DNA of 64,000 nucleotides from assembly GCA_046538485.1 (NCBI GenBank), contig JBKHIT010000021.1, positions 11,730 through 75,729 of the forward strand, in the 5' to 3' direction. Positions 10,801 through 20,267 of the stretch are shown here, in pieces. The DNA comes from Candidatus Brocadiia bacterium (GTDB lineage: Bacteria > Planctomycetota > Brocadiia > SM23-32). A model generated the notes under the pieces. That model was given only the letters and a program-made list of their open reading frames with translations. It was not told where the DNA came from and did not search any database. Numbering within the stretch: the stretch's first letter is position 1; each line of letters begins with the position of its first letter. Both the position numbers and the translations under genes were made by a program.

Positions 10801-11750
10801 CCCACCATCGCACAGCTATCGGGCGATTTTTGGCGTTCAGCGTTGTTGAAAAGGCCCAGCTGGGAGAGACTGGGTGGGCAAGTATCGGGCGTGATACGGG
10901 GATTTCTCATCTTTGCCAGACCAGCAAGGGGTTTGACCTTGCCCTTGTCGATCCCGGAACCATTGCCGTGGGTCCGGGCAACTTCCATTCGGTCCGGTGA
11001 CCAACCTTCTGCCAGTCGCAGTTCCCAGAAATCAGATCCGTCCAGAGATCCAAGGTCATACTCTTCGACCACCTTGACCACCGGCACCCGATGGACCACC
11101 CGGATCTGCGCCCGGTAATACCCGCCCCCGTGCCATTCCAGTTCGTAAACAATTTCAGCGTAAACGGGCCCGCTGGAGGTGAGTTCCACCCGCATAGCCC
11201 TGACATTTCGTTCTGTCAAAATTTTGCTGCTGCCGAGCGGTTTGCTTTTGCCGCTTCGGAAACTGAGAATCGGAGCCTGAAGTTTCCGAGCCGGCACGGC
11301 CGGATCAAATGTCATCTTCCTTTCCGACGGCAAACGAAGGGAGAGAAGATCATTCGACATTACAATGGCTTTTTTGTCGGCATTAACACGAACCCCCGCG
11401 TCCGTTTTTCGGCCGCCGCTGTCCCTAATTTCGTAGGTGGCCTCGGCATTCGGAGCCACCTCGGCCACAAAACTGAGAATTTTACCCTCTCCATCTTCCG
11501 GATTTGAGAACTGCAACGGAATGAGTTTGCCTGTGCTGTCAAACAAGCTCAGGTTCTTCCCAGCCAATCCCTCGCCCGTGAGCCTGTATCTCACGAGGTC
11601 GGGTGCGAAACCACGCCCGGTATAATCATGAATTTTCAAGGTCTTTTCAGCAGCCCCGACCCAGCCTGTGCATATCAGCCCGCAAAAAACAAACGTCAAT
11701 ATTACGAAAACTCTCAATCGTTGACAGCTACTCATTCTCTGGTTTCTCAC
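7869..11750 (-). CDS. large secreted protein, possibly heparinase II/III-like polysaccharide lyase fold
   Basis: 1293-aa ORF with signal peptide; EYGASYHMH and SHWTPADPGHF loosely resemble lyase motifs. Confidence 0.6.
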   Translation of the reverse strand: MRNQRMSSCQRLRVFVILTFVFCGLICTGWVGAAEKTLKIHDYTGRGFAPDLVRYRLTGEGLAGKNLSLFDSTGKLIPLQFSNPEDGEGKILSFVAEVAPNAEATYEIRDSGGRKTDAGVRVNADKKAIVMSNDLLSLRLPSERKMTFDPAVPARKLQAPILSFRSGKSKPLGSSKILTERNVRAMRVELTSSGPVYAEIVYELEWHGGGYYRAQIRVVHRVPVVKVVEEYDLGSLDGSDFWELRLAEGWSPDRMEVARTHGNGSGIDKGKVKPLAGLAKMRNPRITPDTCPPSLSQLGLFNNAERQKSPDSCAMVGVVPLRKGNWRKMNCVPIKSDGPHDVRILFPMSARHATWPKDSASETSPFSIIDHDPGLSRTYGRRVWGLALGRPKVQDPQQSRVRFSYFTKPESLKTLGPFAQIRSFYGVIGLDRYKDYVLEWPDKDLKYPRLYRERGSELHHEAPKGPGKYLIGLCNAPITCPVISHHLTTGTYVAAAKADATLARGNLPEDVRKEMRARLALIMYLFEEPDFISYGNGAHTGNPNMGTSRYMGVNAFLPLVADHPMFGKWRAHVAPYTEYKMATQIAPAGAYFEYGASYHMHGYARTTNSLPGLISADAPNVDLLYKKYHKPDWDYVINLLTPADPRYKCRMLPGLANSGPGNISHLLEAAGSFTRKNPDFAANLVWAWKENGANQPKNKWIVPRDVNPEPLELRSRIYPGMGVIFRAHQGPNETYMLLRAGFNWSHWTPADPGHFFLLSRGSVLVPFQQWAYWSSADRRRPHPAYDMHNVIRFGHPENMWPYGWPDCNILDHAFGGTVEYAWASTGFPDWFISPGIAEPFRKPTDANIPIDNYRKLSEQYEQKQGAIEWDRQVLFMKGETATSPNYFVLRDSFQGDGQLASYLYLSLLGGREHLAQKGGRFVLDSEWPTTMDVVFSGPDKVAPDYYEERQRLGLHGTNLGSRLDKKKRISRDWVHKDGTPVKPGDDRGYEKRLFMRLANRPKEDYFWVLYPRDQEEPPPEIKQLAPGVMRIKHREGTDYAFLSSRHMNYQGAEVTFEGSTGTVRLHGDSVTLSLTGGAGRVGYKGHFLEGTAPLEETIPLDDLKPEVETHRLPDCTLKWKGVPEDADEVVPGLKRLKRGNAQHLWIESDHPVKVKTGDKQFYARRARVIVTPEYKRFVVPDPTYAKLTVGNVGVRGLGPFDLTFTSDSIRGKVTGRTRSIVTTWPRDITRPMYHMDGVRYYAGWADDPSISKGTETPQFAFAFGVTDGEHRIEVAEWKYPDLPPVPPRRQLDF

Positions 11751-11962
11751 TGACGATCTCCTCGTTGAATTTTACTCCGATCCGCCTGACGCCGGACGCA
11801 ACCTATCTTCTCATTTGTTTTCAAGGAGCTTCTCCACACATTTTAACACCCGTTCAAAATCCAAAATCGACAACTTCCGGGCCGCCGGTTCTTCACAGCC
11901 ACCTTTCGTCCCGAGATTGAATTCCAGCAGACTGGTATACTTGCTGATAGTGTGGGAGACCT

Positions 11963-12769
11963 TCAGGCGGAAATGGGCGCGGCAAACGCCGGCCTTAAAA
12001 TTGGAGACAGGAACATTGAAGAACCGACCTCGTAGTGATCGTCGTGTCGGTTCCGGTAGAGATATGAAGCCGGGTTGAAAAGCGCGCCTCCATAGCTATA
12101 TCGATCCGAGGCGGCGGGTTGCATCATAATCGTTCTGGAAGCGCGCCGCACATCAGCGATCCGGTACCAGTAACGGCACCTGTACGAATTGCCCTTGTTG
12201 ACATGGTGGTGGTAAGTCCATGACATATAATAGTTTGGCATATAATTTGAGATCGCGCCAGAGCCGTAATAGTCCGGATCGCCGGACGGATTATGCCACT
12301 GCCAGGCCTGATAATCGTACCATCTGGGGACGGCGTGGCTGGTTTTGGAAAGTTTCACTGATGGGCACTTCCAGACTCCGACCGGCCGATAAGTACCCGG
12401 CCGTCCCCCACCTCGAAAATGGTCGTAGCCGAGTTCCGGGTACCAATCCGGACGATAGACGTTTGGCGCATAACCTTCCCAGGCGAGGAGAGTGTAGTAT
12501 TTGCTTTTATGAATGGTCAGATATTCTATCGGGCTGCCAGGATTAGTACGGGTCAACTGCGGCAGACCGCCGTAATTCTCGGCGTAGAACTGGCACCCCA
12601 ATGCGAGTTGCCGCACATTATTCTTGCAGCTGGCATCCCGAGCGGCTTCACGGGCGCTTTCCAGTGCCGGCATCAACATCGCCGCAAGAATCGCGATAAT
12701 CGCAATGACCACCAGAAGCTCTATAAGCGTAAAAGCTTTTCTCAATTCTTGTCTCCGGATCAATGACAA
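11963..12769 (-). CDS. prepilin-type (DUF1559-like) protein, C-terminus apparently truncated before the DG motif
   Basis: [30 protein letters not shown]; ends RHDDHYEVG followed by unrelated residues. Confidence 0.82.
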   Translation of the reverse strand: MSLIRRQELRKAFTLIELLVVIAIIAILAAMLMPALESAREAARDASCKNNVRQLALGCQFYAENYGGLPQLTRTNPGSPIEYLTIHKSKYYTLLAWEGYAPNVYRPDWYPELGYDHFRGGGRPGTYRPVGVWKCPSVKLSKTSHAVPRWYDYQAWQWHNPSGDPDYYGSGAISNYMPNYYMSWTYHHHVNKGNSYRCRYWYRIADVRRASRTIMMQPAASDRYSYGGALFNPASYLYRNRHDDHYEVGSSMFLSPILRPAFAAPISA

Positions 12770-12948
12770 TGTTACGAAGACTTGAAAACTCCATAGTTTC
12801 CACCACTAACAGTTTACCCATGCAGCAGGTCAGTCTGTCAAACCCATTTCAATGCCGCCGAAGGACAAACCGTTTTGCGTGAGAAACCAATCTGATGTTT
12901 AATAGTCCATTAATAAAAGCACACATTTCTCTCAACAGGAGGCTCGTT

Positions 12949-13758
12949 ATGAAAAAGTCTGTGCTCCTTTTAGCTTTTGTTCTCTCAGCAGCCGTAATGT
13001 CCTCCCCTGCGCCAGCCGCGGGCAAACTGGAGGTTAAAACAGCCGGGATACAGATTGCCGCCGCACCTTATGATGTTGACGATTGGCAGACACGCCCATT
13101 CAATAGCCGGGGCACAGCCGTGGCATTGCTCGCCAAATATCCCGAAGCTGCGATCATCGCACTGGATACTGATAACTGTAAGCTGGATCAATTTACCGAC
13201 GACACCGGCAAAGACCTGACAAAAAAGCCGAAGACAAAACAACGCTTCCATCTTCAATCCGCTTTTTCTCGTTCGCACGTCAGTAAAGATCGTCACGCTG
13301 TCCTGCTGCAGATCCGAGGTGCATCAATCCCCGCTCCAAAAGCCAAAACGATTCACATCAAGGGCTCTGTTCAGATAAAGGTGGCGCGTGAGAGAAAAAC
13401 CGCTTTGCAGAAGGGCCTCAAGCTCGAAGATAATTCGAAAATCACGGCCGGCCCTGTCGAATTCACGCTGGGCAAAGTTAAGTCGACAAAACAGGGCAAA
13501 ATACGCAAGATAATCGAACTCAAAGCCACCGAAGCGATTGATCACATCGAAAAAATCCGTTTTCTCGATGGCCAAGGGAATGAGATCAAGTCACGTGGAA
13601 GAGGCTCGTCCACAATGCGGTTCGGCGGAAACGTAAAAGTACAAAAGCGGGTTGGGCTGGAGAGAGACATGGGTACCGTCGATGTTGAAATAACATACTG
13701 GGACGGGCTTGAAACAAAGACGATGCCACTCGACGTCAGAGCCGGACTCGGACTGTGA
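12949..13758 (+). CDS. secreted hypothetical protein
   Basis: AGGAGG SD, signal peptide MKKSVLLLAFVLSAAVMSSPAPA. Confidence 0.8.
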   Translation: MKKSVLLLAFVLSAAVMSSPAPAAGKLEVKTAGIQIAAAPYDVDDWQTRPFNSRGTAVALLAKYPEAAIIALDTDNCKLDQFTDDTGKDLTKKPKTKQRFHLQSAFSRSHVSKDRHAVLLQIRGASIPAPKAKTIHIKGSVQIKVARERKTALQKGLKLEDNSKITAGPVEFTLGKVKSTKQGKIRKIIELKATEAIDHIEKIRFLDGQGNEIKSRGRGSSTMRFGGNVKVQKRVGLERDMGTVDVEITYWDGLETKTMPLDVRAGLGL

Positions 13759-13813
13759 CCCGGTGCTGAGCCGGCCATAATGGTTTTCTGAAGTCCGCGC
13801 GTGGTGGTGGAGC

Positions 13814-13858
13814 GAGCGGACCGGACTTCACCCGAAGGGTGGAGTTCAGAACGCGGTC
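13814..13858 (+). repeat. family A palindromic repeat (short variant)
   Basis: GGACTTCA-CCCGAAGGG-TGGAGTTC-AGAACGCGGT. Confidence 0.8.
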
Positions 13859-14017
13859 CGATTTCTGGGGCGGGATACGGGGTCTGAAAGCTGCAGGGCT
13901 GTTCGGATGCAAGCCGATTTTCAGACGCGCGGCCGGTTTTTTGTGCCCAGATTGTGAACCTGACGCTGGAGGATCTCGCAGCCTTTGGAGCCGGCTGCCG
14001 GCTGTCCCTTGTGTCCT

Positions 14018-14512
14018 TCACGCCAGATCCCGCAGGTGATCGCGGAGCAGATGATGAACAAGGGCCGGAAGAATCGCGCCGACCACCACCACAATGCTCG
14101 TTTTCACCTTCACACCTTGCATCGCCACCCCCAACGCCGTGCTCGAAGCCGGCGGGTGTTCAGTATCGGTCACGACCATCAGGAATATGGACAACCCCAC
14201 GGAAAACGAATAAAGCGAATACTGCAAAATAAGGCTCTCCCCCACGGCCGCTGTGGTCAGAGTGCAAAGCGCCCCCGATGCGAGCCCTACCATCTGCCCA
14301 CCGACAACGTTCCGTGTTTGGGCGGTCAGCGACTTCGGCATCGCGAAAACAATAAAGGCAGTCGAGCCCAGGGATGCGACAATTAACACATCGGCAGCGT
14401 CAAGCACAAACAGCAGAACAAAAAATACAAGAGTCGCCAGACCGCTCTGTAAAATATAATTCTTCCAATACTGCCGGAACTCCTCCAGCATTTTCTCCAG
14501 CGACCGATTCAT
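14018..14512 (-). CDS. HPP family membrane protein
   Basis: ASLGSTAFIVF, TEHPPA motif, several TM helices. Confidence 0.88.
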   Translation of the reverse strand: MNRSLEKMLEEFRQYWKNYILQSGLATLVFFVLLFVLDAADVLIVASLGSTAFIVFAMPKSLTAQTRNVVGGQMVGLASGALCTLTTAAVGESLILQYSLYSFSVGLSIFLMVVTDTEHPPASSTALGVAMQGVKVKTSIVVVVGAILPALVHHLLRDHLRDLA

Positions 14513-14823
14513 AGGTGCTCCACTGTCACATTAATTTCATCGACATTCTCTATTGTCGGGGGGTTAAAAGTCAAACCGCCGACAACACTGAGGGATTTGC
14601 GCCGCGAGACGTCTCGGCGTTTAATAGCTGTAGGATTCCTTAAAACCGCCGCCCGTTCCCGATTGCCACCAGTGGTCCAGGCGCAATTAGCTTACCTTGA
14701 AGAGAGCGAAGGGCATAATTTAAAGATCTCCCTTGCATATTCTGCCCGCCTCAGTCATAATGCTCGCCTTCCGAACAAACTCTTTTGACTGCATAAGCAA
14801 CATGACTCAACGGAGGCAATGTA

Positions 14824-15813
14824 ATGCGAGGATTGCGAAACCTGGGTAATGGAAAAGTGGAACTTGTCGATGATCTTCCGACCCCGAAACCCGGCGATGG
14901 CGAAGTGCTGGTCAAGATCAAAGCCAGTGCCGTTTGCGGCAGTGAACTTGGCGCCATCAACGGCGACAATGAGATGGATGGTAACAGCGGACATGAATGC
15001 ATGGGAATTGTGCAGGACCCAAACGGATCCACCCGCGTGGAAAAAGGCCAGCGAGTCGGCGTGGCCACACTTCAGGGCTGCGGAACCTGCATGTGGTGCG
15101 ACCAGGGCAAACCTGACTTCTGCGACAACGTCGGCGTCGTGGGCAATACCCACAGCGAGTTCGTGGTGAGCAAAGAACGCTGGCTGCTCCCGCTCCCCGA
15201 CGATATTACCGACGTTGAAGGCGTTCTGCTCGCCGGCGACGGCCTTGGGGTCCCATGGGGCGCGTCGGTGCGCGGCGAGGTCGAAGAAGGCAATATCACC
15301 TGCGTGCTCGGATGCGGCGCGGTCGGGCTGGGCAACCTGCTGGTCCACCGCTACCTCGGCGCGCAAGTCATTGCCGTCGATATCAACCCCAAACGCCTGG
15401 ATCTGGCCGAACAGATGGGTGCCTGGAAAACGATCAACGCCAGGGAAAGTGATGTTGGTGACGCCATGATGGAACTGACCGATGGGGTCGGTCCCGATGT
15501 CTGCATCGAAGCCTGCGGCCAGCAGGCCACACTCGACGCTGCCATCAAAGGCACAAAACCCGGCGGCACGATTGTGCAATGCGGGCACGGCGAGCAGAGC
15601 ATAAACCCCCAGAACCTGATCTGCCGGCGTAACCTGCGGTTGGTCGGAAACTGGGTCTGTCATTTCTGTGAAGTCGACGACATGATGACCGCCATCCGAC
15701 GCGGGCTCCGCATCCGCGACCTCGTAACCGGGATCTACCCGCTCGAAGAAGCGCAGACCGGTTACGATCGGTTCATCGCGGGCGAAGAAGCCAAAATCGT
15801 CTTTACCCAGTGA
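14824..15813 (+). CDS. zinc-binding MDR dehydrogenase (sugar/polyol dehydrogenase-like)
   Basis: CGSE, GHE, structural CGTCMWC...C, GCGAVG Rossmann motif. Confidence 0.9.
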   Translation: MRGLRNLGNGKVELVDDLPTPKPGDGEVLVKIKASAVCGSELGAINGDNEMDGNSGHECMGIVQDPNGSTRVEKGQRVGVATLQGCGTCMWCDQGKPDFCDNVGVVGNTHSEFVVSKERWLLPLPDDITDVEGVLLAGDGLGVPWGASVRGEVEEGNITCVLGCGAVGLGNLLVHRYLGAQVIAVDINPKRLDLAEQMGAWKTINARESDVGDAMMELTDGVGPDVCIEACGQQATLDAAIKGTKPGGTIVQCGHGEQSINPQNLICRRNLRLVGNWVCHFCEVDDMMTAIRRGLRIRDLVTGIYPLEEAQTGYDRFIAGEEAKIVFTQ

Positions 15814-15873
15814 ACCTGATCGATTAAATTCACATTGCTAACTCGACAGGTGGATCCGAAAAAGGAGGGAAAA

Positions 15874-16164
15874 ATGGTCACAGCATTCGTATTGATCAAC
15901 GCCCGACGCGACATGGTGCCTGAAACCGCCGAAGCACTCACGGACCTGGACGGTGTCGCAGAGGTTTATTCGGTGGCCGGGGAATACGACCTGATCGCTG
16001 TCATCAGGGTCGCGACAAACGAAGAACTGGCGGAGCTGGTGACCGAGCACATGCTCAAACTCCAGGGAATCGCCCGGACCGAAACCCTCATCGCTTTCCG
16101 CGCCTACAGTTCCTACGACCTGGAACGCATGTTCTCAATCGGGCTTGAGAAAGAGGAAGAATAA
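15874..16164 (+). CDS. stand-alone Lrp/AsnC ligand-binding (RAM) domain protein
   Basis: VTAFVLIN...EVYSVAGEYDLIAVI...TETLIAF; strong SD. Confidence 0.88.
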   Translation: MVTAFVLINARRDMVPETAEALTDLDGVAEVYSVAGEYDLIAVIRVATNEELAELVTEHMLKLQGIARTETLIAFRAYSSYDLERMFSIGLEKEEE

Positions 16165-16194
16165 TTCTCGTCCGCGGGGTGAAATCTGGACTGC

Positions 16195-16620
16195 TTACAC
16201 CGTCACCGTGTTTGAAAGCCAAATATCCTCGGCACTGGCTATCCGAAGCGTTGTATTTTCCTCATCGTCAAACGCATATATCTCGGCTCGCTCCAGCTCC
16301 TTGCCTGTCAGCCCCCCCTTCGTCACGACAAACACATCGACTTTGAGCATTGTATTTAGATGAATAACATTGAAGCTCGACCGATGCTCAATCGCTTCCT
16401 CAATCATCCCGGAACTTACGTAGAAATCGTCCCTTAGACCCTCCACAAAAGCATCGACGTCACCGAGCATCATGGCCGCAACAACGTCGACATCCTGAGT
16501 GGAGCGAGGTATACCGTAAACAGAACTCGCGAGCGAACCCACAACGGCATAGGGGATATTCAGCTTCTCCAGTTTCTCGGCCACCATCCTGACCACACGA
16601 ATCGGCTCACCAAGAGTCAT
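16195..16620 (-). pseudogene. nucleotidyltransferase-fold protein (DUF6036/AbiEii-like), probably 3'-truncated
   Basis: GSLASSVYGIPRSTQDVDVV NTase motif; stops 8 codons after SAEDI, where homologues usually continue with K-L...D helices. Confidence 0.65.
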
Positions 16621-16621
16621 C

Positions 16622-16900
16622 TTAATACCCCTCTTCCTCCGGGTCCCAGCCAAAAGCCCGAATCATGGTCTCGCGGTCAATCCATAGAGAAGCCAACCGC
16701 AGTTTTTCCTCCCGTTCGGACATCTCACCGTATTGTCGACGAATACGCATCAGAGCGGCCTGCCGAATTGCTTTGGATAGTTCGCTGACCTGCTGCATCT
16801 TCTCGGCAGGTGACATGCGGCGATATCCCTCAATTAACACTTTACGCGCCTCCGGAGATGTGTCCCGTAACCATGATTTCGCCGGTGGTTCTTCCGACAT
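16622..16900 (-). CDS. small helical partner protein of the NTase (antitoxin-like)
   Basis: DTSPEA...YRRMSPAEK pattern; stop 1 bp before the NTase ATG. Confidence 0.7.
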   Translation of the reverse strand: MSEEPPAKSWLRDTSPEARKVLIEGYRRMSPAEKMQQVSELSKAIRQAALMRIRRQYGEMSEREEKLRLASLWIDRETMIRAFGWDPEEEGY

Positions 16901-17234
16901 TCACATCTCCTTTGAGCCATGAGTCATCCACAATATTACCAGATCTTGCCGTCTGCCTTCACCCGTGAGAAATTTGAGCTGTGCCTCCTTGCGATCACCG
17001 GTAGCCAGAGATTTGCCGAGAATCCCAACGGGTTTTGCCCTCCAAGCCCGGATTTTTGGCTGAGAAGGGTTATGAACGGTCTTCAATAAAGATTCTACCC
17101 CGATTTGGCAAGAATGGCTTCCAATTACCCGTAAAATCCGGGCTGGGGACGCAAATTCCTTAGTTTTCCATCGGAAAGATTTTTCACGGGATAGCCGGCT
17201 GAAACTCCGGGATGTCTTCTCCAACGAAACGAAA

Positions 17235-18107
17235 TCAGGACGTTCCTTTGCCCAGAACTCGCGCGATGTCCACATACTGTTCGGGCGATAATTTGCCGGG
17301 ACGGACGGACGGATCGATCTTGAGCGTTTCGAGAACATTCTGGGCAGCCGCCCTGTCCCAGCCGATTTTGAGGGCCCGTCGCAACGTCTTCCGACGGCTT
17401 TGCATAATATTCTGAACCACCCGCGACAACTCGGCAATATCAATCGGGATCTGCTCAGCGGCCAGAGGATGGAGCGCCACAAAATCGGAGGAGACCTTCG
17501 GGGCAGGCCAGAACGCATCCGGCGGCACCGAGAACAAACGTTCAGCCCGGGCCGCAACGGCAACAATTATCGTCAACGGACCGTACTTCTTGGTCCCCGG
17601 CTCAGCCGTCAACCGGTCCACCACCTCCGACTGCAGCGTCACATAAAGCCCGTCGATCTCGACCTCCCAGTCGAGGAGATCGATGATCGCGGGAGAGCTT
17701 ATCTGGTAAGGCAGGTTGCTGACAACCGTCCAGGCTCCTCCTTTGGCCAGAACAGACGCCTTTTCGGTCACGGCAGTATTGATCCGGTGTTTGCTCTCCA
17801 GAAAATCCTCATGGAGCATCACTACCGAATCACGGTCGGCCAGGCGTTGGCTGGCGGCTTTGTAGAGGCCCCGGTCAATCTCAACGGTGATGACCCGTTC
17901 AGTCTTTTCGGCAAGCCGTTCGGTCAAACGACCAAAACCAGTTCCAATCTCCAGGACGCGATCTTCCGGGCCGACTCCACTGGTTTTCACAATTTTATCG
18001 AGCAGCTCACCCGAAACGATAAAATTCTGCCCGTATCGTTTGTTGACAGCCAGCCCGAAACGGTCAAATAGTCGGCGTGGATGATCGTTGGCGGGATTCT
18101 CGTTCAC
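17235..18107 (-). CDS. rsmA: 16S rRNA m6,2A dimethyltransferase KsgA
   Basis: GQNF, VLEIGTGFG, SNLPYQIS, FWPAPKVSS, RRKTL; GTG start after GAGGTG. Confidence 0.95.
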   Translation of the reverse strand: MNENPANDHPRRLFDRFGLAVNKRYGQNFIVSGELLDKIVKTSGVGPEDRVLEIGTGFGRLTERLAEKTERVITVEIDRGLYKAASQRLADRDSVVMLHEDFLESKHRINTAVTEKASVLAKGGAWTVVSNLPYQISSPAIIDLLDWEVEIDGLYVTLQSEVVDRLTAEPGTKKYGPLTIIVAVAARAERLFSVPPDAFWPAPKVSSDFVALHPLAAEQIPIDIAELSRVVQNIMQSRRKTLRRALKIGWDRAAAQNVLETLKIDPSVRPGKLSPEQYVDIARVLGKGTS

Positions 18108-18210
18108 CGTTTCACCTCGACAATAGCTCAATGGACACGAAAAATCCGCCGGTGCAACGGGGAAAACGCCGCAAACAGTTCCGTGACCAAGCCCCAACCC
18201 TCATGCCCTT

Positions 18211-18825
18211 TCAATTGCTATTCTCAAGCGCTTTCTCCCATCGGCGGACGTGTTCCGGCGGGATCTTTTTGTCGGTTGCATTTTCAAGCAAGCGGTGTGC
18301 AGTGAGTTTGACGGCCTCATTCTGGTCTTTGAGCCCCATCAGGAAAACTTCAGCCCCCTTCTCGCCCGGCAATACCCGATGCGCCTGCTGAAGGGCCTCG
18401 ATCCGAACTTGAGGACTGGAATCTCTGGCAATAGCATACCGGATCAGGTTTTCCGCTTCCGGGCCTTCAATTTTCACAATTGCCGCGAGTGCCTGCTTCC
18501 GCACTACCCAGGAGATGTCTCGACGAGCCAACAGTCGTAGCTTGTCAAGTGATTCTGTCGAACCAAGATTCCCCAGTGCCTCCGCGGCCATTGCGCGGGC
18601 CTTTACGTCCGTGTCACGAACCAACCGCCCTTCAATCGCCTCTCGCAATTCAGGATAAGGATCCAAACGAAGTTTATTTAGAGCTTTTTGACGTGCGGAC
18701 GGATTTGGCGACTTGAGCTGGTTTTCCATCCGCTGCCGCCGACCCGGTCGAAAAAGTGTGCATCCAACGAAGAATATGGCCACAAGAAAAGGAACAGATC
18801 TCAAAGGGCAAAGAAAGGTTTTCAT
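18211..18825 (-). CDS. HEAT-repeat lipoprotein
   Basis: lipobox-like FFVGC; repeated R..A..AL helical units. Confidence 0.78.
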   Translation of the reverse strand: MKTFLCPLRSVPFLVAIFFVGCTLFRPGRRQRMENQLKSPNPSARQKALNKLRLDPYPELREAIEGRLVRDTDVKARAMAAEALGNLGSTESLDKLRLLARRDISWVVRKQALAAIVKIEGPEAENLIRYAIARDSSPQVRIEALQQAHRVLPGEKGAEVFLMGLKDQNEAVKLTAHRLLENATDKKIPPEHVRRWEKALENSN

Positions 18826-18957
18826 CTCTGGTCCTGATTTTGAAAACAGAGGGCACCCGTCAGGCGAATGGTTGTCTATCCCGATGGAACTTTCGGATAG
18901 TATAACGCGGTGCTGCCTCTGCGCAAATCGGAATATGCCCTGATGAGGAACCCCGGA

Positions 18958-19779
18958 TCAGGGGATAATCAATTCCATTCCTGTCTTAAGTTGGGAGGAA
19001 CCATCCAGCCGATCGGTATTGGCTTTGAGAATCTTCTTCCAGTTTGCTCCCTTGCCGTAGACTTTTTTGGCAATTTTCCAGAGAGAATCGCCTTTTTGGA
19101 CGGTGTAATATTTCCCTTCCGCAGAAAGCATTTGTTGACCGCTCTGGCTTTCGCCGGCCGCTCGGGAGGTCTGGAGGGGGGGGATTTCAAGTTTCATATT
19201 TGGTCGCAGGTCTTCGGCTTTTTCGAGGATGTTTTGGTTCGCCTCAAGGATTTTTTTCCACTTTCCCGGGGTATCGTAATATTCACAACTGATGCCAGAG
19301 AGGGTATCGCCTTTTTTCACTACGTGTATTTTTGTTTCCGGCTCTTTGTGTTTCTTAATTGGAACATCATCGCTTTTTGGCTCCTGAAGTTTTTCCTTTT
19401 TCTCTTTGAGAGGGATATCAGCTGGATCCTCTTCGTCAATTGCTTTCTCCAGCAAGCTGTCGAGTTCCCGCATAGTTCCTTTTGGAACGGCATTGTCCTG
19501 GGAAAATGTTGGCTCACCTTCGATGCTCACACTCGCCTCGACACCCGTCGGCTCTTCAATTGTTTCCGGTTCACTGGCAGATTCATCTTCCATCCAGATC
19601 CACTCATCCAGGTCCGCACTTTCAGATGCGCCCGCGGCCCTCACCTCCTGTGGTTGCTGGGCTTGAACCGACCCTTTATTGCTTTCCGAACCATCGCCCC
19701 ACATTGAAATGGCAATAATTACGGCCGCAATGACGGCCAACACACCAAGCAACTGCGCCTCTTTCATTTTCATAGACAT
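18958..19779 (-). CDS. membrane-anchored protein with two LysM domains
   Basis: HVVKKGDTLSGIS...ILEAN and YTVQKGDSLWKIAK...ILKAN; N-terminal TM; acidic linker. Confidence 0.92.
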   Translation of the reverse strand: MSMKMKEAQLLGVLAVIAAVIIAISMWGDGSESNKGSVQAQQPQEVRAAGASESADLDEWIWMEDESASEPETIEEPTGVEASVSIEGEPTFSQDNAVPKGTMRELDSLLEKAIDEEDPADIPLKEKKEKLQEPKSDDVPIKKHKEPETKIHVVKKGDTLSGISCEYYDTPGKWKKILEANQNILEKAEDLRPNMKLEIPPLQTSRAAGESQSGQQMLSAEGKYYTVQKGDSLWKIAKKVYGKGANWKKILKANTDRLDGSSQLKTGMELIIP

Positions 19780-20084
19780 GCCTCCGAGCGTTCACGAGCC
19801 ACCAAGTATTCTTTTATGTGTCGCGACTTTGAGAGTAGCTTAATGGTTCAATCAAAAACAAATCTTGTGCTCATCCCGACGCCAAAACTCGACGCTATCG
19901 TTTTTTGGCTACCGTAACCGCTTTTCTAAAACACACTTATAGCAACAGCTCAAAAAGACCCTTGGAGCAGGCAGGAAAAATTTCCGTCACAAAAAAACGG
20001 ACGCAAAATGGCCCCCTCTCGCCCGGCTGACTATTCTCAAGCCAAAATGCCCGCGTGATCATTCATAGCATCGGCAAAACCATC

Positions 20085-20113
20085 TTGACGGTTGCCGCCG
20101 CGAGGCGTACAAT
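20085..20113 (+). promoter_or_regulatory. sigma70-type promoter
   Basis: TTGACG, 17 bp, TACAAT upstream of the GntR gene. Confidence 0.65.
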
Positions 20114-20267
20114 TCATCGAATGAACTGCGCATTTCCCGTATCCAAATTCAGGGAAAAATTCCAGCGGGATCCCGGGACAGCATCGCCGGAGTAAAAATC
20201 CGGTCTACTGTCTTAAAGAATGTGTTGCCGGCGGCTCTGCGAAAACCAGCTGTTTTGTATTGGAATC

